From: Candidatus Obscuribacteraceae bacterium
GTDB lineage: Bacteria; Cyanobacteriota; Vampirovibrionia; Obscuribacterales; Obscuribacteraceae
Assembly: GCA_044229845.1 (NCBI GenBank)
Contig: JBGASG010000001.1
Span: 128,001 to 192,000, forward strand
Length of the DNA: 64,000 bases
Direction: 5' to 3'
Translations under genes and position numbers: made by a program
Notes under the pieces: model-generated
What the model saw: the letters and a program-made list of their open reading frames with translations, nothing else
What the model was told of the DNA's origin: nothing
Databases searched by the model: none
Shown here: positions 1 to 9,705 of the stretch, one piece after another
Position numbering within the stretch: position 1 is the stretch's first letter
How the letters are laid out: each line of letters opens with the position of its first letter

Positions 1-45
1 CAACCACCGGACCGAAATATTCCACCCACCCCAGAGGCTCATCCT

Positions 46-1584
46 ATGGCAGGCGAACCGTTATTAGAAGACAGACAGGCTCCTGAGAAAACACCAGTTC
101 AGGTTGCTGAAGGCGACAATAACGGGGACCAGCACCTTGATTTGGTTCGCATCGTAGCCGACACGCAGTCGCTGCGCCGCTCTTCGACAGGGCTCAATCC
201 CAATCAGGGTTCGTTGACCTCCGGCTGGAACGAAAGCTATGTCGACCTCTGGAAAAGCCAGCCGCTGGAGGCCGGCGCCGTCACCGGTGCCACCGCGCTC
301 GCCGGCTATGCAATGTGGTCCAAACTTCCCGGCGTCACCACGTACGGTGCGGGCATTTACGGTGCCACCAAGTTCGCCACCTCGGATGCGCATGACCTGC
401 TCACCTCCCGCAGTGTCGCCGACGTCCTCAAATACGGCACTTCCAGCGCCGCCGATCTGACCATGGTAGCCGGATTGGCTGCACGTTTCGTCCCGCAGTG
501 GCGAGCTGCTTCGTCGACCCTGACCGCCATTGGTGCGATCGGGCGTGTCGGCGCCAGTTTCCTGCCGGACTCAAACAGTTTTTCCGACAACACAGTGACG
601 GCGCCACCAAGCATGCGCGTCACCGTCGACGTGCCGATTGAGGGCGGCAAAACCGAACCACGCGAATTCGATGTCTACTTTCCGAAGGGCGTCGATGAGC
701 ATGAGAAACTGCCTCTGATGCTGGTCTTGCATGGAGTGGCCGATGGCAATGCCGCCGGCAGCATGGAAAAAGAAACCATGATGAACCGTCTTGCTGACGA
801 GAAACACATGGCGGTCGCGTACCCTGTGGCGAAGTCGTTCAAGGATCCCACTTTGGGCATGACCATCCAGGACTGGAACTCGCCGGGAGCGGGATTGACT
901 GCGCCTCGCGACGGATTCGACGATGTCGACTACATCAAGGCGATTATCAATAAAGTCGGCACGATGGCGAACATAGATCAGCGAGCCATCTACGCGGCCG
1001 GTTTCTCCAGCGGCGGCGAATTTGTTCAAGACTTGCGGGGACGCATGCCTGGCGTGTTTGCCGGCGTCGCCTCCGTGCACGGCACGTTACTGGGCACCGA
1101 AGCTAAACCGGTGGACGGTGACCAGACCGCGTTTATATCAGTTCACAGCGACAGCGATCAGATGCTCCCGTACAACGGCGGACGCGGCTTGATGACGAGC
1201 ATCAATTTCCCGCGCATTGCCGAATCGCGACCGCAGAATCAGATTCCGGTGGCGCTCAGACAAAACGGCTACGATGGTGCCTTGCCGCTGCATTCGACCT
1301 TCAATAACATCGATGTAACTGAGTATCGCCCGACGCAGCCAGGTCAAGCTCCGGTCAAGGAATACATGATCAAAGGCGGCTGGACCGGCGGCATGATCGG
1401 CGGAGTGATCGGTCGTGGACGCGATGGTTTCCCGGCGGAACATGCCTGGGACGGTCCCGGAGCCGGCGGCTGGCCGGTGGTCGGCGACAAGAATCGCTCC
1501 CTCGATGTGAGCAGGCTGGTAGTTGAAGAACTGCTCAAATACAAGAAACCGGACAATCTCAACATCAAGCGCGATCTGCAGTAG
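46..1584 (+). CDS. LpqC/PHB-depolymerase-family alpha/beta hydrolase (esterase) with long N-terminal extension
   Basis: PLMLVLHG, VAYP, DDVDYI..I, IYAAGFSSGG (GxSxG nucleophile), VHSDSD and a C-terminal HAWDG; first ~190 aa unrelated, with hydrophobic Ala/Gly stretches. Confidence 0.8.
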   Translation: MAGEPLLEDRQAPEKTPVQVAEGDNNGDQHLDLVRIVADTQSLRRSSTGLNPNQGSLTSGWNESYVDLWKSQPLEAGAVTGATALAGYAMWSKLPGVTTYGAGIYGATKFATSDAHDLLTSRSVADVLKYGTSSAADLTMVAGLAARFVPQWRAASSTLTAIGAIGRVGASFLPDSNSFSDNTVTAPPSMRVTVDVPIEGGKTEPREFDVYFPKGVDEHEKLPLMLVLHGVADGNAAGSMEKETMMNRLADEKHMAVAYPVAKSFKDPTLGMTIQDWNSPGAGLTAPRDGFDDVDYIKAIINKVGTMANIDQRAIYAAGFSSGGEFVQDLRGRMPGVFAGVASVHGTLLGTEAKPVDGDQTAFISVHSDSDQMLPYNGGRGLMTSINFPRIAESRPQNQIPVALRQNGYDGALPLHSTFNNIDVTEYRPTQPGQAPVKEYMIKGGWTGGMIGGVIGRGRDGFPAEHAWDGPGAGGWPVVGDKNRSLDVSRLVVEELLKYKKPDNLNIKRDLQ

Positions 1585-1605
1585 AGGCTCGATCTGCAAT
1601 AGCGG

Positions 1606-2568
1606 CTATTGCGGCGGCGACTCGATCAGAGTATTCGTGTCGGCTACCTTGCGTTTTTCGACGAGGCGCACATGAACCGGGGGACGAGCTTGCGGAGCCG
1701 CTTCCGATGATTCAACAGCGGGCACGGCTTCAGCAGCGCCGTCGTGACTCTCCACCGGTACGGTTTCGTAGTTGGCTGGCTTGAACCCGGGCGTTTCCGG
1801 TGGCTGCGCGGCGTTCCTGGCAGTGCTGCCGGCGGTGCTCGCCCGGGTCTCGGGAGCGGATTGCTTGGGCAAAGCAGCCAGTTGGCTCTTAGTGCCTGCA
1901 ACCTGCGGTGAATCAGGACCGTAGAGTTTTTGTTGTATCACGAGCATGCGCTTGAGCAGATCTTCGACCATGGCGTTGTCGCCGCGTGATTTGTAGAGAT
2001 CTGCCAGGCGCTCGAGATTGCGCAGAATGCTGGCGCTATCAGTGGTGACGCTTTTCTCGCGCAGGCTGAGCGCCTCGGTGGAGGCTGCAATGGCTTGTTC
2101 GGTCTGGTTTTGCTGGTGGTACTTGTCGGAGATCGTCTCCAGTGCCTTGGTGAGAGAAGCGATCACTTCTTCTTTGTTGCCGGGGTCTGTGGTGGTGGCA
2201 GCAATCGAATGCAAGGCGGAAACCGTGCCTTCGCTGGCGAAAATGGACGCCACTTTGGCAGCAACTTTGGTATCACCTAAGGACGACATGGCGAGAATGG
2301 CTGCCCGTTTGCTCTGTTCGGAGCCAGCCAGGTGAGGAATGAATTTTTCGATTGTTTGAATTTCTTGAACGCGCAGTTGTTGCTGATTGAACGTGTATGT
2401 GAAGTAGGCACCAACGCAAGCGATGATCACGGCCGAAACGATCGGTGCCAGAGCACCGAGCCGATCCCAGAAATCCTTACCGGCCTTCTGTTTCGCCAGT
2501 TGTTCTGTGAGTTGCTGCTGATGCTCGAGCACCTGCACGAGCAATTCTTTAATTTCTTGATCATTCAT
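1606..2568 (-). CDS. Single-TM protein with TPR-like repeats and Pro/Ala-rich tail
   Basis: TM LAPIVSAVIIACVGAYFTY; TPR-like LERLADLYKSRG...KRMLVIQQKLYGPDSPQVA; ATG at 2568 preferred over GTG at 2595. Confidence 0.65.
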   Translation of the reverse strand: MNDQEIKELLVQVLEHQQQLTEQLAKQKAGKDFWDRLGALAPIVSAVIIACVGAYFTYTFNQQQLRVQEIQTIEKFIPHLAGSEQSKRAAILAMSSLGDTKVAAKVASIFASEGTVSALHSIAATTTDPGNKEEVIASLTKALETISDKYHQQNQTEQAIAASTEALSLREKSVTTDSASILRNLERLADLYKSRGDNAMVEDLLKRMLVIQQKLYGPDSPQVAGTKSQLAALPKQSAPETRASTAGSTARNAAQPPETPGFKPANYETVPVESHDGAAEAVPAVESSEAAPQARPPVHVRLVEKRKVADTNTLIESPPQ

Positions 2569-2713
2569 ACGGTCACCTGCGGGCAATGGTGGCACACACT
2601 GGTCGATGTCCGTGTGCCTTTTGAACTAGTGCGTGGGTCTATCGTACTCCTGAATCGCTACGTGCGACCCGAATTTCATGTAAGGTTGATGCTCTGTTAC
2701 TTAGCGGATCATT

Positions 2714-5700
2714 TCAGCGCACGATCTCCGCGACAGACACACCGCCTTCTTTGCGCACGTGTATTTGCGTGGGAAACATCTCCTGCACCTCGGCAATATG
2801 GCTGACGACGATGATGCGGGCGAAGTCGCATGAAACTGCATTGATGGCGTTGAGCAAGCGATGGCGGCTGTCTTCGTCTTGCGAGCCGAAGCCTTCATCG
2901 ATGATCAGCGTCTCCAGCTTGGCGCCGGCGCGTCGTGCCAGAAGCCGTGAGAGAGCCAGTCTTAACGCGAAATTTACTTTGAAGGCTTCGCCGCCGCTGA
3001 AGAGTTCGTAATTGCGTGTACCGAGGTCGTCGGCGATGACAATGTCGAGCGTCTCAATCGCATTGCCCTGTCTGGTGCGCTGTTGCGTCAATAGCCCGAT
3101 GTGCATCTGGTTTTCTGTCAGGCGAGCCAGAATGCGGTTGGCTTCGCTTTCCAGCTCGGGAATGGCGTTTTCGATAATCAGCGCCTGGATGCCTTTCTTG
3201 CCTAAGGCCTCTGCCAGTTGCAGGAAATCGTTCATCTCATCGACTAGCTGGCGCAACTCTCCTTGCTTGCTCTGCATTGCTTCCAGCTTCTGAGTATGGT
3301 GCTCGATGTTTGCAGCTAACGCTCCGCGTTGCTGCAACAGCGCTGAGTGCGCTTCCTGAGCGGCTCGCAGCTCTTGCGTGGCGAGGTCGAGTCCGCTGGC
3401 TTGTTTTTCGCCTGCGCTGACATCTGCCTGCAGTTGTTGCAGTTCGCGCGCCAGGTCGTCTCGCTGGGCGGTTTTGACGCGTTTTGTCTCGGCAAGATTC
3501 AGTGCCTGCTGTTTCAAGGCCGGCATTTCCGCTCGAGCCAGACCCAGTTGCCTGAACTCCTCGACCATGGGCATCAACTCGTTCAACTCTTCGCGAACCA
3601 GTCCGTGCCGCGCCTGGTCATATTTATGTCCGGCGATTTCAGCTTCCAAATCGGAGAGCTGGACTCGTGTTTCGGCGGCGAACGTTTCGTCTTTGAGCTG
3701 CTGAGAATGCAAAGCAATGCGCTCGTCGAAAGCGGGCAGCTGCTGCTCGAGTTCAGCCAGCGACTGCAGGTCTTTTTGCAGCGTGTGATAGCGCACCTCG
3801 GCATGACGCTGGGCGCGCAACTGCGATTGCAAGCTTGAATAGATGATCGGGTCGAAGTCCATTTTGTGCAGCTCGGCTTTGATATTAATCAAGCTCTCGC
3901 GTTCGACTTGCGAGTATTCGTTGGCGGCAAGACGCTCTTCAAGCCGTTTTAGGTGTAAGAGCGTGTTTTCAAAAGCTGATTCGGCGCGGGCGATGGCGGA
4001 CTGTCGCTCGTTGTATTCGCCGATTTTTTGATCCAGCTGCTTGCGAGAAACGATCAGCTGGCGCAGTTCGCTGTATTGCGTGCGCAGCTGTGCCCGCTCA
4101 TCCTCGAAAGAAGCAACGCGGTTTTCCAGGTCGCTGATCTGGTGCTGGAAGTTGGCGGTCTGGTCGGCATAACGTTTGGCGACGGCGGCGCGATCGACGA
4201 TTGGTGAGGCGCAGAGCGGGCAGGTGCTGGCGTGCGGTTGGTGAATCAGTTCGGTGAGCTTGTCGTCGTTTTCCTGGCAACGACGCCGCAACTCGCGTAT
4301 TTCACTTTGCAGCGACTCGATTTCGCTCTTGATGCGCAAACCTTTCTCTTCGACCAGCGAAAACTCGGCATCGACCCGGTCGAGATCGCGAGCCTGCAAA
4401 ACCAACCCCTGCTGTTCGCTTTCGAGCGTAGCCTTGCTGTCGATCAAAAGCTTGAACTCGCTGAGCAAAGTTTGCTGGTTGCCGATTTCCGCTTCCAGTT
4501 TCATGCGGGCTTCGCCGATCATAAATTGCAGTTGCTCGGCGCGCGCCAGCAGGCTGGCATGCAATTCTTGCTGCTTCGTCAGAAGCGCTTCTTCGGCTGC
4601 CAGAGTCTTATATTCGTGATAAGCGCTTTCAATCTTTTTGCGGTCTTTAGTATCGCGTTGCAGCTTTTTACGGCGGGCGGTCAGCGCCACCACTTGCTCG
4701 CGCCAGTGATCGAGCTCGACTTCCATGCGCCCTTTCGCTTCGGCTAGTGCAGAGCGCAACTTCTGCCGGCGATCGAGCAGCTCGTGAACTGAGAGGGCCG
4801 CCTTGTCGAGCGACTGCAACTCTTCGGTCAGTTTTGAGAAACGCTGGTGCTCCGCATCAAGATGAGACGCGCGCCCCAGCAGTTTTTCGAAACGGCTTAT
4901 GGTGCCCTGCGTCGACTCGCTCTGGCTGGCGACGTTGTTCAAGTCGGCGACCAGTTCTGTATGCCGTTCTCGTTTGAGCGTCAGCATTTTATCGGCTTGG
5001 CGGCTGGCTTCCAGTGCTATCCGGAAGGTCTCTATGTCCTCCTGGTGGCGCGACATTTCAGCTTGCAATTCTTGCGCCGCTGCTGCCACCGCCTGCAGTT
5101 CGTCCGTGAGGCGAGCACGTTCTCGCTCACTTTCGACCACGTCGGGCAAAGTCGACTGCAGCTTTTCAATTTGAGCCTTGCGCAGGCGTGCCTCGTCCCG
5201 AGCCGCCTCTTGCAAGCGATCGAAGTATTTCAGTCCCAGTATCTCCGCCAGGACATCTTTGCGTTCGCCCGCGGATTTTTGTGTGAATTCATCCGCACGT
5301 CCTTGCCGCAGATAGACACTATTTATGAATGTGTCGTATTGCATCTTGAGGAGGTCGTTGATGCGCTGCTGGGTTTCTTTCATGCTGGCGGCGGTAAGGC
5401 TCACCCAGCGTTCGGACGGCGCGGTTTCTGTTGCCTGCCGGTCGGAGGCGGCAGCGGCAGGTTTCTTCGCTTTTGCAGAATTTGACGAACCGACGCTGCG
5501 CATGGGATTGACGCCATCGCGGCGGTGCGAAGACTCGCTGGTCTCTTGCCCGGGCTGTTGCAGCATTTGCAGTTCGAGCGTGCCGCGGGAGACGAGCTTG
5601 CCGCCGGGGCGCGGTGCATTGCGACTGCGCGAACGGCGGACACGATAGACCTGTCCGTTGAGAGAAAAGCGAACGTCGACCCACATCTCAGTCTGCCCGA

Positions 5701-5884
5701 GGCGAATCAGTTCGTCGGAGGTGCCGCGGGCATTTTCCCAGAATGCCCAGGTGACGGCATCGAGGATGGCAGATTTTCCGGCACCATTTCTCCCTGTCAA
5801 GCACGCAATGTGAACCGTACGCCAGTCCAGATTTGCGTCGGCGTAGCTCATGAAGTTATGCAGCTTGATGGAGTTGAGGATCAA
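2714..5884 (-). CDS. sbcC: SbcC/Rad50-family SMC-like ATPase
   Basis: Walker A GRNGAGKS, Q-loop YLRQG, long coiled coil, Zn-hook CPLC, signature FSGGE, Walker B IIDEGFGSQD, H-loop VSH. Confidence 0.92.
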   Translation of the reverse strand: MILNSIKLHNFMSYADANLDWRTVHIACLTGRNGAGKSAILDAVTWAFWENARGTSDELIRLGQTEMWVDVRFSLNGQVYRVRRSRSRNAPRPGGKLVSRGTLELQMLQQPGQETSESSHRRDGVNPMRSVGSSNSAKAKKPAAAASDRQATETAPSERWVSLTAASMKETQQRINDLLKMQYDTFINSVYLRQGRADEFTQKSAGERKDVLAEILGLKYFDRLQEAARDEARLRKAQIEKLQSTLPDVVESERERARLTDELQAVAAAAQELQAEMSRHQEDIETFRIALEASRQADKMLTLKRERHTELVADLNNVASQSESTQGTISRFEKLLGRASHLDAEHQRFSKLTEELQSLDKAALSVHELLDRRQKLRSALAEAKGRMEVELDHWREQVVALTARRKKLQRDTKDRKKIESAYHEYKTLAAEEALLTKQQELHASLLARAEQLQFMIGEARMKLEAEIGNQQTLLSEFKLLIDSKATLESEQQGLVLQARDLDRVDAEFSLVEEKGLRIKSEIESLQSEIRELRRRCQENDDKLTELIHQPHASTCPLCASPIVDRAAVAKRYADQTANFQHQISDLENRVASFEDERAQLRTQYSELRQLIVSRKQLDQKIGEYNERQSAIARAESAFENTLLHLKRLEERLAANEYSQVERESLINIKAELHKMDFDPIIYSSLQSQLRAQRHAEVRYHTLQKDLQSLAELEQQLPAFDERIALHSQQLKDETFAAETRVQLSDLEAEIAGHKYDQARHGLVREELNELMPMVEEFRQLGLARAEMPALKQQALNLAETKRVKTAQRDDLARELQQLQADVSAGEKQASGLDLATQELRAAQEAHSALLQQRGALAANIEHHTQKLEAMQSKQGELRQLVDEMNDFLQLAEALGKKGIQALIIENAIPELESEANRILARLTENQMHIGLLTQQRTRQGNAIETLDIVIADDLGTRNYELFSGGEAFKVNFALRLALSRLLARRAGAKLETLIIDEGFGSQDEDSRHRLLNAINAVSCDFARIIVVSHIAEVQEMFPTQIHVRKEGGVSVAEIVR

Positions 5885-6075
5885 ATTGGTATCAGTGGAG
5901 CTGCCTCTCTAATAGATGTTCTATCTCTTAATACGTTCCACGCCGCCAAAAAGTTCAATTTGGTGATATATCCGCTGGTATATCTTTGGATGCATCGAAT
6001 TTGGTGTCGTTGGTGCGCTTTGCCGATGTCATAATGGCGAGGCAAATCAAAGCGTAGTCAGGTGCCCGCGATTTC

Positions 6076-8564
6076 ATGAATGCAAGGCAGCAAATAAGAG
6101 TCAGTTCAATGACCCTGATTGTCGTTTGTCTTGCCCTGTCCGGCTTCGCTTGCCTGGTTTACGAGGTCACCTGGGCCAAGCTTGTCAGTCAATGGCTGGG
6201 TGTCTCGATTCATGGCGTAGCGCTGGTGACCGCCATATTTCTGGGCGGACTGGCTGGTGGAGCCTTGATTGGCGGTGAGCTGGCTGACAAGCGACGCTGG
6301 CAGGTGCTGCACGTTTTGCGCGCTTTCGGTGTCTGCCAGCTGGCGGCGGCAATAGTCGCCACGTTAATCCCGGCGGCTGTGCAGCAGGCTGCCGCTCCGG
6401 CGCTGGCGGCTGCTTCGCAGGGCAGTTTGGAATCCGGCTATTTGATCAGGGCACTGTCTGCGGTGCTGCTCCTGTCACCACCGGTAGTGTTGCTCGGCGC
6501 ATCGTTTGCCGCCATTTCGCGAGTGGTTCTTTATGCCACCAGCTCGGAGAAGATGGTGGGCTGGTTTTATGCGCTCAACACTTTCGGCGCTTTTCTGGGT
6601 GTGGTCAGTGCCGGATTCTTTCTGCTTCCGCAATTTGGTATCGCCGCCACCAGTGCTACCGCCGCCCTCCTGAACGGCATAGCCGGGGCGATTGCCGTGG
6701 CGCTGTCGTTCGCCGGCAAATCCAATCTCGATTTCATCAAGCCGGAGGCGGCCGCGTCTCAAGCCGGTGGACGCGAAGCGGGCGGACGTCGCGAGCGCCC
6801 CGACCCGATTGTCGAGGGTGCAAATTTTCGCTGGCTCTGTCTTTATGCGGCCCTCGCCGGCGGCATGAGCCTGATCGCGGAAGTTGTCTGGACTCGCTGG
6901 TTTGCGCTGGTTCTGACGTCCTCTATCTATTCTTTTACGACGGTACTGTCGGTGGTGCTGTTGGCATCGGCGGCCGGCAATGCGCTGGCGGCGCGCCTGG
7001 CCAGGCGAGGCAACGCCACCTTAATCGCGGCGGCGGCGCTGTTCTGCGGCTCCTGCTATCTGTTGCTGGTTTTGTATTTCGCCGATGAAGTGGTCTGGTC
7101 ATTCATTGCTTTGCAGCAGGCACTGGGTCAGGTTGCCGGCTCGGTCTTCGCCGCCGGGCTTCTGGCGAGGGTGATTGTCGTTTTGATCTGCTGCTTTTTC
7201 CCGGCCCTCTGCATGGGCGCTGTCTTCACCCTGCTCGTCCAGGCGGCCGGCATTCGCGAAGAAGACGTGGCCAGGCGCGTCGGCAAGCTTTATGCCGCCA
7301 GTTCACTGGGGGGGCTGATCGGCACTCTGGGCGCGGCTTTTTTCTTGATTCCGGCGCTCAGCCAGATGGTGACCAGCGGTATTCAGGGCGCGTTGATCCT
7401 GACTGTGGTAGTGCTGTCTTTGATGGCGATGGGCACTTTCTGGACCTGGGTGAAAGACCATTCCAGCGACCGAGGCACCGCCGTCATCGTCACAGGCGCC
7501 GCCGGGTTTGTGGTTTTGGGTATCCTGCTCGATCTTCTGCTCTTTCCGCCTGCATGGAACAAGAAGCTGATGTCCTCGGGCGCGTCCTTTTTTGCCGCCG
7601 GGGAGTTGGCCAAACTGGACCGCGATTCCTTTTTCAACACGGTCGGCAAAGACTCGCCCGGCTCCGACGAGCTGATTTTCTACCGTGAAGGTCTCAACTC
7701 GACGGTGACGGTCAGCCGCAGCAAAGCCAACAACATTGTCTATCTGCGCAATGATGGAAAAGTGGAGGCGGCGGTACCTATAGACAGCAAAGAACCGGCG
7801 CCCGGTGCCGATGTCAAAACGCAGCTCTCGCTGGGCTTCGTACCTATGCTCTTGCATAAGACTGATGCTGTGGATGCACTTTTGATCGGTTACGGCAGTG
7901 GTACTACAGCCAGTGCCATGGCCGCTTTTCCGTCGCTCACGCCAACGGCGATGTGCTGAGCAAGAAGACGGTCAACGTGATCACATCGGATGCACGTTAT
8001 GAGTTGATGTCTTCCAAGAAGCAATATGACGTGCTTGTTTCCCAACCAGCCGATCCCTGGTTGCCTGGCTCGTCCGGCCTTTTTACGCGCGAGTTCTGGC
8101 AGACGGCGCGCCAGCGGCTTAAGCCGGATGGTGTCATCTGCCAGTGGGTGCAGCTATATTCCATTGCCCCCGAGCACTTGCTGATTCTCTGTAAAACCTT
8201 TCAGGCAGTGTTTCCCGAGTGCTACATGGTGCACCCGCCCGGAGCCGGCGAAGTGTTGCTGGTGGGAGTTAACGGCAAGGACATAGCGGATGAGCAGACG
8301 ATTGCCGAGCGAATGTCTGCTTCTCCAAACATCAAGCAGATGCTTGTGACTGCCGGTTGTGACTCACCGCAGACATTGAAGGCATGGACCGTCGAAGACC
8401 CGCAGGGCATGCAGCGCCTGGTCAGTGAAAGCAACAGTAAACTCAGCCTTAATACCGATGATCGCTTGTTGACCGAATACGCCTTGCCGACGCTCCTGGC
8501 TGAGCCGGAGAAGTTCCTGGAGCGCAACCTGGCTTTGATTGAGAGAAAGCAGTCCACTAAATAG
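6076..8564 (+). pseudogene. Membrane (MFS-like)/spermidine-synthase-like fusion split into ORFs 6076-7959 and 7953-8564 by an internal deletion and frameshift near 7938-7941
   Basis: N-part has LSGFACLVYEVTW, YALNTFGA, many TMs and LLIGYGSGTT; other frame continues ANGDVLSKKTVNVITSDARYEL...YDVLVSQPADPW...LFTREF; intervening VVE segment is missing. Confidence 0.75.
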
Positions 8565-8741
8565 CAGGCTGACAACCTGGAAGGGCTGTACTGGTCAGGC
8601 TTTGAGGTCGCGCGCCGCGAGCGAGCCGGCAAGCAATCGGGCTGTCATAATGGCAGCAGATGTTGGATTCAGTTGGATTTCCTGCGCGTCTGCGAGATAA
8701 TCCCATCTTAGTTAAACCAAAGACACAAGGTTGTAGAGGCC

Positions 8742-9680
8742 ATGAGTTACCGGCTCTTGCTAATCGAAGACAGTCCGACGCAGCTGCTCACCATCAAGCG
8801 ACAGCTGGAGTCGGAGGGATATGACGTGGTGGCCGCCAAGAACGGCGCCGAAGGGCTGGCACGCGCTTACAACGAGAGTCCTGACCTGATCATCTCCGAT
8901 GTTGTCATGTCGGGCATAAATGGCTATCAACTCTGCCGTTTGGTCAAGAACGATCCGGACCTCGCGGCGACGCCCGTTGTGCTGTTGACTAAGCTCGATG
9001 GCTCCATCGACCGTTTCTGGGGGCTGAAATCGGGTGCCGATCGGTATATTCCTAAGGAGCCTGGTTTCGCCAGACTGATCAAAGAAATTCGCGAACTGCT
9101 CGCGGAGAGCACCAATCGCCCGCGCCTGCGTGTGCTGGGTGATCCGCAAAAGGGACCCGGTGCCGACGAAATCAACAATCGCCTGCACCAGTTGCTCGAG
9201 CGCCTGCTCTTCGAGGCGACACTGGCTGATGAAGTGCGGCGCATCGGCGAAGACATTGCCGATCTGGAGATCATTGCGGAGAAACTGTTTGTTCTGCTTT
9301 CTTCGATTCTCAACTATCAGGCGTGTGCGCTGGTCGTCAGTCACGGTAGCTATTCGGTGATGCTTTGTGATCTGGCCAAGCAAAACCAGGAATCCGCCGT
9401 CAAAGCGTACGTGTCGAAAGTGGCATTGCAATTGGGGTTGCCGCCATTCAAAGAAGAAGCCGCCAAAGGCAATCAGATATTCGAGAACGCATTGACCCAG
9501 CCCATCGATGCAGGCGGCTTGCGTCTGGGCTTGCTGGTGGTGGTGCCCTGGCCGAACCAGAGCTACAAACCAGGCGACCAGAAAGTGATTCGCCTGGTTT
9601 GCGACCAGCTGTCCACCGTTTTGCGCCTATATCTTTCCTATTCGCAGCGTGACGGCTTGCCGGTGCCTACCGGTCCGTAG
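8742..9680 (+). CDS. Response regulator: receiver domain plus GAF-like C-terminal region
   Basis: LLIEDS, DLIISDVVM (phospho-Asp), LLTK, GADRYIPK; C-terminal PIDAGGLRLGLLVV...LVCDQLS is GAF-like. Confidence 0.8.
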   Translation: MSYRLLLIEDSPTQLLTIKRQLESEGYDVVAAKNGAEGLARAYNESPDLIISDVVMSGINGYQLCRLVKNDPDLAATPVVLLTKLDGSIDRFWGLKSGADRYIPKEPGFARLIKEIRELLAESTNRPRLRVLGDPQKGPGADEINNRLHQLLERLLFEATLADEVRRIGEDIADLEIIAEKLFVLLSSILNYQACALVVSHGSYSVMLCDLAKQNQESAVKAYVSKVALQLGLPPFKEEAAKGNQIFENALTQPIDAGGLRLGLLVVVPWPNQSYKPGDQKVIRLVCDQLSTVLRLYLSYSQRDGLPVPTGP

Positions 9681-9705
9681 CCGTTCATTCAACAAAAAAG
9701 CCTAC

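Noticed and set aside
2714..5884. SMC-like ATPase as a Wadjet/Lamassu-type defence system
   Set aside because: Zn-hook CPLC and C-terminal motifs fit housekeeping SbcC; no defence partners adjacent. sbcD is simply not in the window.
7938..7959. Programmed ribosomal frameshift joining the two spermidine-synthase-like ORFs
   Set aside because: No slippery sequence, and a conserved segment is missing altogether.
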